IMG/VR virus record: IMGVR_UViG_3300020591_000001
Coordinates: 1-58,059 of that record
Length of the DNA stretch: 58,059 bases
Reading direction: 5' to 3' (one strand)
DNA from: a virus
Taxonomy: Duplodnaviria; Caudoviricetes
In this document: piece after piece, positions 37,790 to 46,780 of the stretch
Position numbering within the stretch: position 1 is the first letter of the stretch
Layout of the letters: the number at the start of each line of letters is the position of its first letter
Made by a program: the position numbers and the translations under genes
Notes under the pieces: model-generated
Told to the model about the DNA's origin: nothing
Database searches by the model: none
What the model saw: only the letters and a program-made list of their open reading frames with translations

Positions 37790-38380
37790 TTAGGCCGCCA
37801 GTTCGTACTTGAAGTTGATGATGCCCTTCGGGATGAAGGTCTGCCCGAGGGTCTGGTTCGAGCCGTCCGCCGCCGCGGGAACCGCGTGGTCGGTCCAGAC
37901 GTAGTAGAAGTGCCACTCCTGGCCGATCGCCGCCGCCACGTCGCGCTTGTAGCCGATGCGGTGCGCGATGACGTAGGCGAGGTCCGGGGCGCTCACGAGG
38001 TTCGCCGGGAGGTTGAACTCGCTGGTCGCGTCCTTGGGGTCGAGGTCGCGCAGGAAGTTCATCACCGCGTCGTAGTTGTAGAACGTGAGGTCCTGGCTCT
38101 GGCCCACCGAGCACAGCGTCCGCGTGTCGTCGGTCGCGCTGTCCGTGAGGGCGAGGTTCCAGTCGTCCACGACGGCGCAGGTGATGTTGCCACCCCAGTG
38201 CGCGCCAGTGTCGCCGGGAGTGGTCGCCGCGATGTAGTGATTCAGCAGCGCGACTGTCGGAGCGGTGATCGGCACCGGGTCCGGCGAGGCGGAGTACGCC
38301 ATCTGGGGCACTCCGCCGATCTCGAAGGCGGGGATCAGCAGGACGGTGTCCTTGTCGCCCACCAGCATCTTCTGGGCCAT
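37790..38380 (-). CDS. Second tail-tube-like protein (paralog)
   Basis: APTVALLN, NITCAV, DSATDDTRTLC and HRIGY align with the downstream tube protein. Confidence 0.72.
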   Translation of the reverse strand: MAQKMLVGDKDTVLLIPAFEIGGVPQMAYSASPDPVPITAPTVALLNHYIAATTPGDTGAHWGGNITCAVVDDWNLALTDSATDDTRTLCSVGQSQDLTFYNYDAVMNFLRDLDPKDATSEFNLPANLVSAPDLAYVIAHRIGYKRDVAAAIGQEWHFYYVWTDHAVPAAADGSNQTLGQTFIPKGIINFKYELAA

Positions 38381-38694
38381 TACTGGTCCCCTTCCTGCTT
38401 CTTGGTGTCCCCGGCCTTGCTGCCGGTGGTCTTGGTGGCGGCTCGCTTGGCAGTGGCGGCCTGCTTTCCGGCTTCGACCACGGCCTGTGCGGCGGCGGTC
38501 TCGATGGACGTGCCGGAGTTGTCCTTCAGGAGGGCCTTGGCGCGGCGCATCTCGTCGGCGGAGGGGGCCAGGGAGGTACGCGGCTTGACGGGCTTTCCGT
38601 CTTCCGCGATCTCGGTCGAGCCGAGAGACTTGCCGATGCCGGACTTGGGGTGGAACTGCACCTTGCCGGTTTCGTTGTTGCGATAGAACGCCAC
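38380..38694 (-). CDS. Hypothetical basic protein
   Basis: GGAGGG RBS, GTG start, TAATG coupling to the next gene. Confidence 0.7.
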   Translation of the reverse strand: MAFYRNNETGKVQFHPKSGIGKSLGSTEIAEDGKPVKPRTSLAPSADEMRRAKALLKDNSGTSIETAAAQAVVEAGKQAATAKRAATKTTGSKAGDTKKQEGDQ

Positions 38695-38795
38695 GTCTCA
38701 GCCCTCCGTCTTGCGGGAATGGGTCATCATGCCTGCGACTTTACCGTCCGCGAAGTCGAAACCAAAACGGCCTCCGCATGAACTAACATAGAAAT

Positions 38796-39257
38796 ATGAC
38801 GGAACGTACACTGCGTAAGTGCACTTACAAGAACTGCACCAATCCCTCGAACAGCCCTAGTGGAGGAATGTGCGGGATGCATTATCGTCGCCGCGCGAAG
38901 GGTCAAGATATGGACGCGCCGCGACAGCGTGCTGCACGCGGAACCCGGTCACCGGAGAACCCTGGCGAATGGGGCAAGTGGCGCACCATGCCCAGCGGAT
39001 ACGTGAAGCGAGAGCGGTATATCGGCAACGGTAGATTCGAGACGCAGCTTCAGCACCGACACGTCATGGAGCAAAAGCTTGGCCGTCCTCTTCTCCGGAA
39101 CGAAGAAGTTCATCACAAGAACGGACACCGCGATGACAACAGCATCGAGAACCTGGAGCTATGGGTGAAGAGCCAGCCTTCGGGTCAGCGCGTCATCGAC
39201 ATGGTGGCCTGGGCTCGTGAGTTTCTGGAAACCTACGCCCCCGAGCTGCTTGCATAA
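38796..39257 (+). CDS. HNH homing endonuclease
   Basis: HRHVMEQKLGRPL..EEVHHKNGHRDDNSIENLELW; N-terminal C..C...CGMHY Zn finger; antisense to the operon. Confidence 0.92.
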   Translation: MTERTLRKCTYKNCTNPSNSPSGGMCGMHYRRRAKGQDMDAPRQRAARGTRSPENPGEWGKWRTMPSGYVKRERYIGNGRFETQLQHRHVMEQKLGRPLLRNEEVHHKNGHRDDNSIENLELWVKSQPSGQRVIDMVAWAREFLETYAPELLA

Positions 39258-39260
39258 CCT

Positions 39261-39336
39261 TGGCTGGTCCGGCAGGGCTCGAACCTGCGACATCCCACTT
39301 AACAGGCGGGCGCTCTGCCGACTGAGCTACAGACCA
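39261..39336 (-). tRNA. tRNA-Asn (GTT)
   Basis: 76-nt cloverleaf: acceptor TGGTCTG/CGGACCA, D arm GCTC/GAGC, anticodon arm CCCGC-CTGTTAA-GTGGG, T loop TTCGAGC, encoded CCA. Confidence 0.95.
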
Positions 39337-39420
39337 AAGAACGCGACCCCAGCTCGACCTCCGTCCGGAGGCCTGCCAGGGCCACTTCTCCCCGCTATTG
39401 CGGGTCGCGAGATCAGGCTA

Positions 39421-39879
39421 TCACAACGTCAGGTCAGGGTTCATCCCCAGGGTCATCTCGTAGAAGCGGGTGGCGATGTAGCCGACGCGCTCACCGCTCT
39501 TGGAGAACTCGTCGTACATCGTGAAGTAGAAGGTGCTGATCGGGCTCGCCGCTGTGCTCGGGGCCCATCCCATCAGCGCCTTGTCGGTCGCGATCGCCAG
39601 GAGATTGACCTGCTCGCGCGTGGGCGCGTAGTGATGCACCTGGAACGCCCAGATGTGCGGCTGTGCCTGCTCGCCTCCCGCGATGGTGCGCCCCCCGGAG
39701 GCCGGGATCAGGCCACCCGGCTCGAAGTCGCGGTACGGTGCCTTCTTGCCCCACTTGTCCCTCGGAAGCTCGAACCCCTGGGGGATGCCCATATAGGTCG
39801 CGGCGTCGGTCAGCGCATCCAGGCGCGACTTGATTGCGGCGATCTCCGCCGTGGGGTCAACGCTCGACACTCCACTCAT
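39421..39879 (-). CDS. Tail terminator (by synteny)
   Basis: MSGVSSVDP..., ATGA overlap; last gene of the neck cluster. Confidence 0.65.
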   Translation of the reverse strand: MSGVSSVDPTAEIAAIKSRLDALTDAATYMGIPQGFELPRDKWGKKAPYRDFEPGGLIPASGGRTIAGGEQAQPHIWAFQVHHYAPTREQVNLLAIATDKALMGWAPSTAASPISTFYFTMYDEFSKSGERVGYIATRFYEMTLGMNPDLTL

Positions 39880-40562
39880 CGCTTCAGCCCTGCCAGTTCC
39901 TTCTTCAGATGCTCGCGCACAACCACGATGGACTTGCCAAGCGAGTTCGCCGCCGGGACGCCGGGGTGGTTCAGCGCCGTGCGCTGTCCGGCGGCCTTGC
40001 GGCTGCGCTTGTTGGGAGACCTGTACAGCGAGCCCGACGCGGCGGATTCCGCCTTGCTCGCGCCGCCACGGCCCTTGGTTCCGCGCTCTTGGTACTCGAA
40101 GTAGTTGCGCCCCTCGGTCGGCCATCCATGCCAGCCCGTGATCTGCGTGGCAGAGCCATCCTTGTAGGTCTCGACGTTCGTCGCGATCCCGGCAATCATG
40201 CTGCCGGTAACCTCTCGACCCGGCCCCTTGCGCCCCTTGGGCTGGCCGGAAAGTCCCGTCTTGGTCGTCGCGTCTCGAAGGGCCTGCGCCTGGACGCGCT
40301 TGCCAAGAGCCATCGCACTCGCCATCGCGCGCTGAGTGCTCGCCTGCACGCGACCCTCCAAGTCGTCCATCTTCGACACGAAGATGTCCCTGCCGCCGAG
40401 GTTCGCTCCGATGGTGACCGTCGGCACCGTGGGAGAGTAGTTGGCCTTGCGCAGCCGCGCGATGGTCGCATCAAGCCTTGCCAGCTCAGCGCGAGTGCGG
40501 TCGATCCCCGTGATGTTCACGTTGTAGGAGGCGACCATCTCCTCGTTCAGTGTGTCGGCCAT
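39876..40562 (-). CDS. Neck/tail completion protein (HK97 gp10-like)
   Basis: GREVTGSM and YFEYQERGT motifs; synteny. Confidence 0.65.
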   Translation of the reverse strand: MADTLNEEMVASYNVNITGIDRTRAELARLDATIARLRKANYSPTVPTVTIGANLGGRDIFVSKMDDLEGRVQASTQRAMASAMALGKRVQAQALRDATTKTGLSGQPKGRKGPGREVTGSMIAGIATNVETYKDGSATQITGWHGWPTEGRNYFEYQERGTKGRGGASKAESAASGSLYRSPNKRSRKAAGQRTALNHPGVPAANSLGKSIVVVREHLKKELAGLKR

Positions 40563-40972
40563 CAGGGCTCCACAATGCGAGGCGTAGCGCTGACCTCCGT
40601 GCCCAGGGTGACCTCACGCTCTGCGGCGAACTGGCTAGAGAGGCTGGACTGCACCACGAAGTTGACGTGATTGATCGCGGGGTCTCCGTCCGGCGTGGAG
40701 ACCTGGACGATGAGCCCCTTGCGAATAACGCCGGTGGTGGCGTTCAGCGGCACCTTCATCACGACGACACGCTTGGTAGCCCACTCGGTCTCGTTGCCCG
40801 CATCGAACGCGCTGGGGCGCGGCTTCTTAACGCGACACGTCGTCGTCAGAACGGGAGTGGGGTTGCCGTCTTCATAGAACTTGGCCTCGCCGGTCTGAAA
40901 CGTCTCGGCGAGGGGCTTGGCCTGCTCTACCGCGGCGCGCACGGCGGCCAGCTCGCGGCTGAAATCTGCCAT
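40562..40972 (-). CDS. Head-to-tail stopper (by synteny)
   Basis: 136 aa, beta-rich; follows the adaptor gene. Confidence 0.6.
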   Translation of the reverse strand: MADFSRELAAVRAAVEQAKPLAETFQTGEAKFYEDGNPTPVLTTTCRVKKPRPSAFDAGNETEWATKRVVVMKVPLNATTGVIRKGLIVQVSTPDGDPAINHVNFVVQSSLSSQFAAEREVTLGTEVSATPRIVEP

Positions 40973-40973
40973 G

Positions 40974-41399
40974 TCACATCACCGCATCCCACGGCTCCCG
41001 CGTCCCCTGCGGGCGGCGATATGCCGGGTGAGTGGTGAGGCCGACCACGCTGAACGCGGTGGCGGCGTCGCTGGCCTCTTCGCCAGAGGCGAGCCGGTCG
41101 GAGTGCTCGATGAAGAGCTTCGCGCGCTCGATGGTCTTGATCCGGATGTCGTCCACCTGGATGTCCTGCGCCTGGATGATGAGCTTGCGGCCCATCGTCT
41201 GAAGCGCCCTCGACATCGCCATGTCGAGAGTGTCGTTGCTGGCGATGTACGCCTCGATCGCGGCGTCGCTGAAGAACTCGTACTCAGCGGTCTGATTCGG
41301 CGCAGTGCCACTGATCTCCGACGCCGTGTCGTCGCCGATCTCCGTGCGGAAGAACCCGACGGGTGTGCTCGGATCGACGGGGTACTTTCCGGTAGCCAT
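40974..41399 (-). CDS. Head-to-tail adaptor
   Basis: VGFFRTEIGD...FFSDAAIEAYI pattern; follows the capsid gene. Confidence 0.7.
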   Translation of the reverse strand: MATGKYPVDPSTPVGFFRTEIGDDTASEISGTAPNQTAEYEFFSDAAIEAYIASNDTLDMAMSRALQTMGRKLIIQAQDIQVDDIRIKTIERAKLFIEHSDRLASGEEASDAATAFSVVGLTTHPAYRRPQGTREPWDAVM

Positions 41400-41442
41400 G
41401 AGGGCAGTCTAGGGCGTGGTGGTCGGTTCCTGAAACCGCGTG

Positions 41443-41501
41443 GGAGCGCGTCGAGCCGGGCCACCCGCAGCAGGGCCTCTCCTCACGGCTCGACGCGCTC
41501 C
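41443..41501. other. Perfect 16-bp stem with 27-nt loop in the capsid-adaptor intergenic region
   Basis: GGAGCGCGTCGAGCCG / CGGCTCGACGCGCTCC. Confidence 0.7.
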
Positions 41502-41568
41502 GGCGACAGAAAGGACTAAGGCCGCCACTTGAAACTGTAACTGCTTGTTGCCTTGGTTTCCAGAAACC

Positions 41569-41602
41569 ACAACACCCCCCGACCGAAGCCGGGGGGTATT
41601 GT
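41569..41602 (-). terminator. Terminator after the major capsid gene
   Basis: CCCCCCG...CGGGGGG stem followed on the minus strand by TGTTGTGGTTTC. Confidence 0.7.
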
Positions 41603-41619
41603 GTGTGAGCGGTTCAGGC

Positions 41620-42714
41620 TCAGGCGTTGCCATCGCCCTCGCTGTAGACCACGGCCTCGTTGAACCAGAGGGCACCGCCGACCACGAGACGGAGTCGCAT
41701 GGACGCCGAGTCCGCGTCGAACGAGAAGCCGTCTCCGCCGTTGGCCTGGACCCGGAGCTGGGGCTGCTCGTAGCCGCGGAGGCGGAGCAGGTCCACCACC
41801 GGGCGACGGTACGCACCGGGCTTCGGGAGCAGGTACCAGGCGGTGCCGGTGACCTTCTCGTGCTCGATGACCTCCACGGTGTTGAGCACCGAGTTGTCCG
41901 GGCCGAGGTAGGCCGGGCCACCCGCGCTGCCCGGCAGGATCGCGGTGATCCCGAGGGCCTTGCGGATGTCGTAGTCCACCGCCAGCTTCTTGCCCACCGG
42001 AACGACCACGTTGTAGCCGCTCAGGGAGCCGATCTTGCGACCGTGAACCGTGCGGAGCGCGAGGTCCTGGATGGCCGCCATGATCGCGTTGGCCGAGACC
42101 GGGGCGTTGACCGGGACCGACGTGCCGTCGGGAAGGACCTGCGCCGTCAGCTCGGTCGTCGCAGCCGTGATGGCCTCACCGACCTCGTTCCACTCGGTGT
42201 CGAGTGCGATCGTGCGGAGCATCTGAGGAATGCCGTCGAGGACACCGATGGTGTCGTTGACGAAGTCCTCGAAGTCCCAGTTGACCCGGTTGCCTCGCTT
42301 GGCGAGCTTGGCGTAGGCCGACTCCTGCCCCTTGACCGTGACGACGGGGTACGGAGTGCCCTGCGGGACGCGCGGCGCGGAGCCGTCCGCCTCGATGCCG
42401 GGGCCCTCCGGGTCGCCGTACAGCCCGTACAGAACCGCCGGACGGAAGTCCGGCACGGTACGGATACCGGCCAGCTTCGAGACCGGGCGGTCCTTGTCGT
42501 CGGGGAGCTGGGGGATGGTGATGACGTTCAGGAAGTGCGTGATCGAAGACGCGAGGTCTCCGCTCATCAGCGACTCCTTGAGCTGCGCCTCCGCCAGGTA
42601 CGAGCCACGCTTCGCGTGCTCGACCAGCTTCGCCACCTTCGCGACCGAATCGACGGTCACGCCCTTGGGCACCCGGAGGAGCCCGTCGAGGGTGAACTTG
42701 TCCTTGAACTCCAT
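41620..42714 (-). CDS. Major capsid protein
   Basis: 364 aa, strongly biased codon use, follows protease and decoration genes; VPDFRP...KRG...WDFEDFVND. Confidence 0.82.
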   Translation of the reverse strand: MEFKDKFTLDGLLRVPKGVTVDSVAKVAKLVEHAKRGSYLAEAQLKESLMSGDLASSITHFLNVITIPQLPDDKDRPVSKLAGIRTVPDFRPAVLYGLYGDPEGPGIEADGSAPRVPQGTPYPVVTVKGQESAYAKLAKRGNRVNWDFEDFVNDTIGVLDGIPQMLRTIALDTEWNEVGEAITAATTELTAQVLPDGTSVPVNAPVSANAIMAAIQDLALRTVHGRKIGSLSGYNVVVPVGKKLAVDYDIRKALGITAILPGSAGGPAYLGPDNSVLNTVEVIEHEKVTGTAWYLLPKPGAYRRPVVDLLRLRGYEQPQLRVQANGGDGFSFDADSASMRLRLVVGGALWFNEAVVYSEGDGNA

Positions 42715-42719
42715 GTCGA

Positions 42720-43178
42720 TCAGCTCCCTGCCGCGATGTTGTTGGTGGCACCGATCTTCACGCAGGCGACGCCGCTCTCGGCGACGTAGTCCTGCGGGTT
42801 GTTCACGACGCCCCAGGGGGTGTTGGTGCCCGCGGTGAGAGTGAGCCCGGTGATCTTGCCAGAGGCGACGACGGCGTAGACCATCGTGCCGTTGGCCGTG
42901 CTCGGGCCAGCTCCCGTGACCGGGAACTCGTAGGTGCCGTCGGTCGCCACGGAGACCTGCTTCGCGTCGAGGCCGACGCCGCCGTCCGCGATGCCGCTCA
43001 CGGTCATGCCCGCGATCGTCTCCGACGACGTGTGGCCGCCCGAGGCGGTGTACGCGACACCGGCTCGCCCGCCGTTAATGAGGGCCGTGCCGACCGCGAC
43101 CTCATCGGTGACGGTCCAGACTTCGCGCTGGGCGTCGGTGGAGCTGAACGCCTCACCAGTCGAAACCACGTCGGCCAT
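42720..43178 (-). CDS. Capsid decoration/cement protein (DUF2190-like)
   Basis: Gly-rich beta protein with VATDGTYEF and G..VY...LT motifs. Confidence 0.65.
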   Translation of the reverse strand: MADVVSTGEAFSSTDAQREVWTVTDEVAVGTALINGGRAGVAYTASGGHTSSETIAGMTVSGIADGGVGLDAKQVSVATDGTYEFPVTGAGPSTANGTMVYAVVASGKITGLTLTAGTNTPWGVVNNPQDYVAESGVACVKIGATNNIAAGS

Positions 43179-43179
43179 G

Positions 43180-44172
43180 TCAGTTCACCACCCGTCCGAA
43201 TCCGGGCACGTCGAACGACAGATCGCCCGAGCCGGAGCCCGAGCCACCCGCGCCGATGTGCAGGGCGGCGTCGTCGCTGCCGCCGCGACCCTGACGGGCC
43301 TCCGCGAGCACCTTCTTCGCCGTCTCGATCGCCCCGGTGATGTCCTCGCCCTTGCGGGCGCGAGCCCGCAGGTCGCTGGACTGCGACTCGGTCAGCTTGG
43401 CCTCCGAGATGAGGTCCACCGCCTTGTCGTAGTCGGCCAGGGCCTTGTCCACGGCCTTATCGACCGTTTCCTTGTCCACCTTGGCCTGGACATCGGCGTC
43501 CTTGGCGGCCACCGTGCCCTTCAGCGTGTCGGCGAGAGCATTCAGCGCGGACGTGAAGTCCGAGGCCAGCTTGTTGAAGCGCTCCTCGATGTCCTTGTCC
43601 ATGTGAGTCTCCTCTTCCTTCTCCTGCGGGATTGCAGAAGTCTCCCCGAGACGGCGGTGGCTCTCGGCCAGCCGCTTCTCGAACTTGCCACCCCGACCGG
43701 CAACGATGACCACGTCAACGCTGCGGTAGGGGTCAGTCGGGTCGAAACTGACCGCTTCGTCGCGGCCCGTCTCCAGATTGCGCCGGGTCTCGCCTTCGCA
43801 GAAGACAGAGACGCCGAGAATGTCGCCGAACTCCTCCAGGTGCTCGGCGACGCCGGGGCGGCGCGACGGAATGTAGTCGGCCCAGAAGCCCAGCTTGCCA
43901 TTGTGCTCTTCGATGGTGACCTCGTCGCCGATGCGCCCGATCGCAGTCATGGGGTCGCGCTCTTCGGGACGGTCATAGTCCTTGGGGTGGTTGGGGAACG
44001 AGATCACGCCCTTCAGCGCGTCGGCGTTCGCGCGCCCGCGCGCGCCCTCGAAGAAGTCGCGCGGCCAGTCGGCAGAACTGCCCCTGCCCTCGTCCACGAT
44101 GCAGATGCGGAAGGAGCCGTCGTCCTGTCGGACGACCCGGCCCGCCGACTCGCTCAGCACTCGCTTGGTCAT
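43180..44172 (-). CDS. Capsid maturation protease / scaffold fusion
   Basis: IVDEGRGSS, FPNHP, GVSV and SVDVVIVAGRGG followed by a coiled-coil scaffold region. Confidence 0.78.
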   Translation of the reverse strand: MTKRVLSESAGRVVRQDDGSFRICIVDEGRGSSADWPRDFFEGARGRANADALKGVISFPNHPKDYDRPEERDPMTAIGRIGDEVTIEEHNGKLGFWADYIPSRRPGVAEHLEEFGDILGVSVFCEGETRRNLETGRDEAVSFDPTDPYRSVDVVIVAGRGGKFEKRLAESHRRLGETSAIPQEKEEETHMDKDIEERFNKLASDFTSALNALADTLKGTVAAKDADVQAKVDKETVDKAVDKALADYDKAVDLISEAKLTESQSSDLRARARKGEDITGAIETAKKVLAEARQGRGGSDDAALHIGAGGSGSGSGDLSFDVPGFGRVVN

Positions 44173-44247
44173 GTCTGGAACTCTAGGGCAAAGTTTCGGA
44201 TGCACAAAACGACAAGCCACGACGGCCTCGTGGGGTTTCTGAAACCC

Positions 44248-44481
44248 CTACAGCTCGTCCGTGCGCTCCCAGCCGCATCCGGCATGGCAGATGTAGCGAC
44301 GCTTGACTTCCAGCTCACCGATCCCGCTGATGAGCATGTCGCCCAGGCTCCCCGCTTCGCCGAGGTACTGGTAGTACGGAACCTGAACCAGGCTTGGCAG
44401 AAAGCACGATGGGCACAGCTCGCCCTCCACTCGACGCGGAGTGCCGACCCAGTACCCGACCGGGGCGGACGCGGCAGCCAT
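44248..44481 (-). CDS. Small Zn-finger protein
   Basis: CPSC...CHAGC; TAATG coupling to the portal stop. Confidence 0.6.
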   Translation of the reverse strand: MAAASAPVGYWVGTPRRVEGELCPSCFLPSLVQVPYYQYLGEAGSLGDMLISGIGELEVKRRYICHAGCGWERTDEL

Positions 44482-46049
44482 TAGCTCTCAGCGGCGGGAA
44501 GGTCGTTGGCGTGACCCGCGCCGCCGGTTCCGTCAGCCCGCCCCTGGTTGGGGCTCGGGGTGGATGTGGGCGTGGCGTCACTGGCGGAGTCGGTGTCGAT
44601 GTCCTTGCGCGGCAGCGACTTCTTGTTGTTCGGCAGCAGCACGCCGGTCGGGATCGGGCCCAGGAACTTGCGCCCGTAGATGATCTCCAGCTCGTTGCGG
44701 AAGCCCTCCGGCGAGAGGGTGCCGCTCTGCCAAGCCAGGTACGCCGCCTGCACCGAGCGGTACTCGTCGGTGGCGTCGTCGTAGTTGTTGAAGTAGGGCG
44801 TGGCATCCTTTGCGCCCAGCCACGCCAGAAGGCGCTTGTCGAACTCGACGTGCTCCTGGCGGCGGGTCTGCATCGCCATCCGGTTCGGCAGGTCGAGGGT
44901 CTTCGCCGCGCCATAGGACGAACCGGCCAGTGCGGTGTTGGCACTGAGGGCGATGCCGGGAACGTGCAGGCTCGCAGCCATCGTGGACACGACGAAGCCG
45001 ATCGAGGCGAAGTCGTAGCCCTTGCCCGCCGAGTTCAGGGGCACGAGATCGGCGTCGCCCGCAAGGGTCGCGGCGCTTCCCGCGTCGTGCGCCTTGCCAA
45101 GCTCCAGGGCTTGCGTTTGCTGGCCCGCCTTGTTCTTGGCGGTCGCCTTGAATGCGAACATCGCCAGAGCGTCCTGCATCTTGACGCCGTTCATGATGAG
45201 GTCGCGGATGATGCGCGCCCACACGACCGCGGCGATCGCGTCGGGGGAGCCGAACGCCTGCCCGTCGGGTCGGTTGGCGTGCATGTCGAAGGCGGTGTGC
45301 CCCTTCAGTACGGGCTCCGCCTGCCCCTTGTAGATGATCTTCGAGGGCTGGACTCCGTCGTACCAGTCCACGTAGACCCAGTAGCTCTTGGACTGGCGCT
45401 GGCCGTCGTTGAGAACCTTGCCGCGCCCGTCGAACTCGACCTCGTTGCGCGTCCAGCGGTAGGCGATGATCTCGTCTTCGTAGATCGGATCGCGGTAGGT
45501 GTCGGTGATCTCGTGGAGCGGCACGGGCCGCAGGGTCTTCTTGCGGTTGTCGCCGACGAGCAGGTAGATGCCGTCGGCGTACAGCGCGTGCTCGCGGCGG
45601 CGGCGCGCGGGCGGGCTGAACACGAGGCGGTGGTTGATGCCGCTGTTTATCAGCTCATCGACGCTGCGGCGGCCCTGACTCTTCTCGGGGATGCCCTCGT
45701 AGTGCATCCCGCCGTCCCAGATGAAGCTGTGGCGCAGCATGAGGCCGTTGCGCATGTGGGGGTTCGGGGCCTTCTTGCCATCGGAGCTGCCAGTGAGGGA
45801 GGCGCGGATGTCGTTCGACCACTTCTTCAGCTCCTCCAGGCCGAGTCCGCGGTAGTCCGCGCCTAGATCGCCACCCGCCCAGCCGATGTCCTCCTGCCGG
45901 AGCATCATGACCGCGTTGCTCAGCGCTTCCGCCAGCCGCTCGTGGTCGTTGCGTACCATCTCCAGCTCGTCACGCAGCCCCTCGTTGATCTCGCGAAGCG
46001 TCGGACGCTTCGCAGTGGTCGCGAGCTGCTTGCCGGTGGAGGTTGCCAT
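44481..46049 (-). CDS. Portal protein
   Basis: 522 aa between terminase and protease; NPH.R, DG..LL and FGSPD motifs. Confidence 0.8.
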   Translation of the reverse strand: MATSTGKQLATTAKRPTLREINEGLRDELEMVRNDHERLAEALSNAVMMLRQEDIGWAGGDLGADYRGLGLEELKKWSNDIRASLTGSSDGKKAPNPHMRNGLMLRHSFIWDGGMHYEGIPEKSQGRRSVDELINSGINHRLVFSPPARRRREHALYADGIYLLVGDNRKKTLRPVPLHEITDTYRDPIYEDEIIAYRWTRNEVEFDGRGKVLNDGQRQSKSYWVYVDWYDGVQPSKIIYKGQAEPVLKGHTAFDMHANRPDGQAFGSPDAIAAVVWARIIRDLIMNGVKMQDALAMFAFKATAKNKAGQQTQALELGKAHDAGSAATLAGDADLVPLNSAGKGYDFASIGFVVSTMAASLHVPGIALSANTALAGSSYGAAKTLDLPNRMAMQTRRQEHVEFDKRLLAWLGAKDATPYFNNYDDATDEYRSVQAAYLAWQSGTLSPEGFRNELEIIYGRKFLGPIPTGVLLPNNKKSLPRKDIDTDSASDATPTSTPSPNQGRADGTGGAGHANDLPAAES

Positions 46050-46162
46050 GAAGTGCAGACTACCTGAGCCGAATGTTGCCGCAAAGCGGATGGGCCGAAT
46101 CGACTACACCCCGAGGTGGTGCTGAAGTTGGGGGTAGGTTTCTGGAAACCCGCCCCGAGAGG

Positions 46163-46390
46163 TCACAGCACGAAACGCTCTTCGCCCTCCTGCGGCGTCG
46201 GCGGCACGTAGGGCTCGGGCGCGGTGCCTGGCTCGATTGCGAAGATGACCCAGTCCTCCGGGCACTGCGCGAGGTAGGCGATGCGGGCAGACTCCTCGTC
46301 GGGGGCCTGCACGAACCCGTCGCGCTCGCCTTCCTTGCCGCCGGGAACTCCGGCGTCGATCGTCCACCACGGGTCGGCGCTCTCGGTCAT
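46163..46390 (-). CDS. Small hypothetical protein
   Basis: ATGA-coupled; AAGGAG RBS. Confidence 0.6.
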   Translation of the reverse strand: MTESADPWWTIDAGVPGGKEGERDGFVQAPDEESARIAYLAQCPEDWVIFAIEPGTAPEPYVPPTPQEGEERFVL

Positions 46391-46551
46391 GCGACCTTCT
46401 CCTTCTGCTCGGTGTCGGGCTCGTCCCAGGCTGATTCGTATCCGGGGCGCTCGCAGGAGTGCCTACTCCGCACGGGGTGATAGTGCCCCGGTCGCTTGGT
46501 GCAGCGCTGCCCCGTCTTCGGGTCGATCGAGCCGCAGACCTTGTGTGCCAT
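46387..46551 (-). CDS. Small Cys/His protein (54 aa, not in the ORF track)
   Basis: MAHKVCGSIDPKTGQRCTKRPGHYHPVRSRHSC...; coupled at both ends. Confidence 0.6.
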   Translation of the reverse strand: MAHKVCGSIDPKTGQRCTKRPGHYHPVRSRHSCERPGYESAWDEPDTEQKEKVA

Positions 46552-46733
46552 CAGCGCCGTCCTCGAATGAAGTCGGCGATCCGACGCCAGGGGGAGTGGT
46601 TCCGCGCGTGGCGAGGCTGGTAGCCGTCGGGCCGCTCGGCGTCGCTCGCCCTCGGGGCGATGATCGCGTCGAACTCTGCCCGCTTGGCCTTCTGGTCGGC
46701 AGAGCGTTGCTGGTCAGCAGAGCGTGGCATCAT
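46551..46733 (-). CDS. Small basic protein
   Basis: AGAAAGGA RBS. Confidence 0.6.
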   Translation of the reverse strand: MMPRSADQQRSADQKAKRAEFDAIIAPRASDAERPDGYQPRHARNHSPWRRIADFIRGRR

Positions 46734-46780
46734 GGCAACAGTCCTTTCTGGCTATATGGGTTTATCGTATCACGGCACGG

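Noticed and set aside
39261-39336. tRNA as an attP/integration site
   Set aside because: No tyrosine or serine integrase is recognisable anywhere in the genome.
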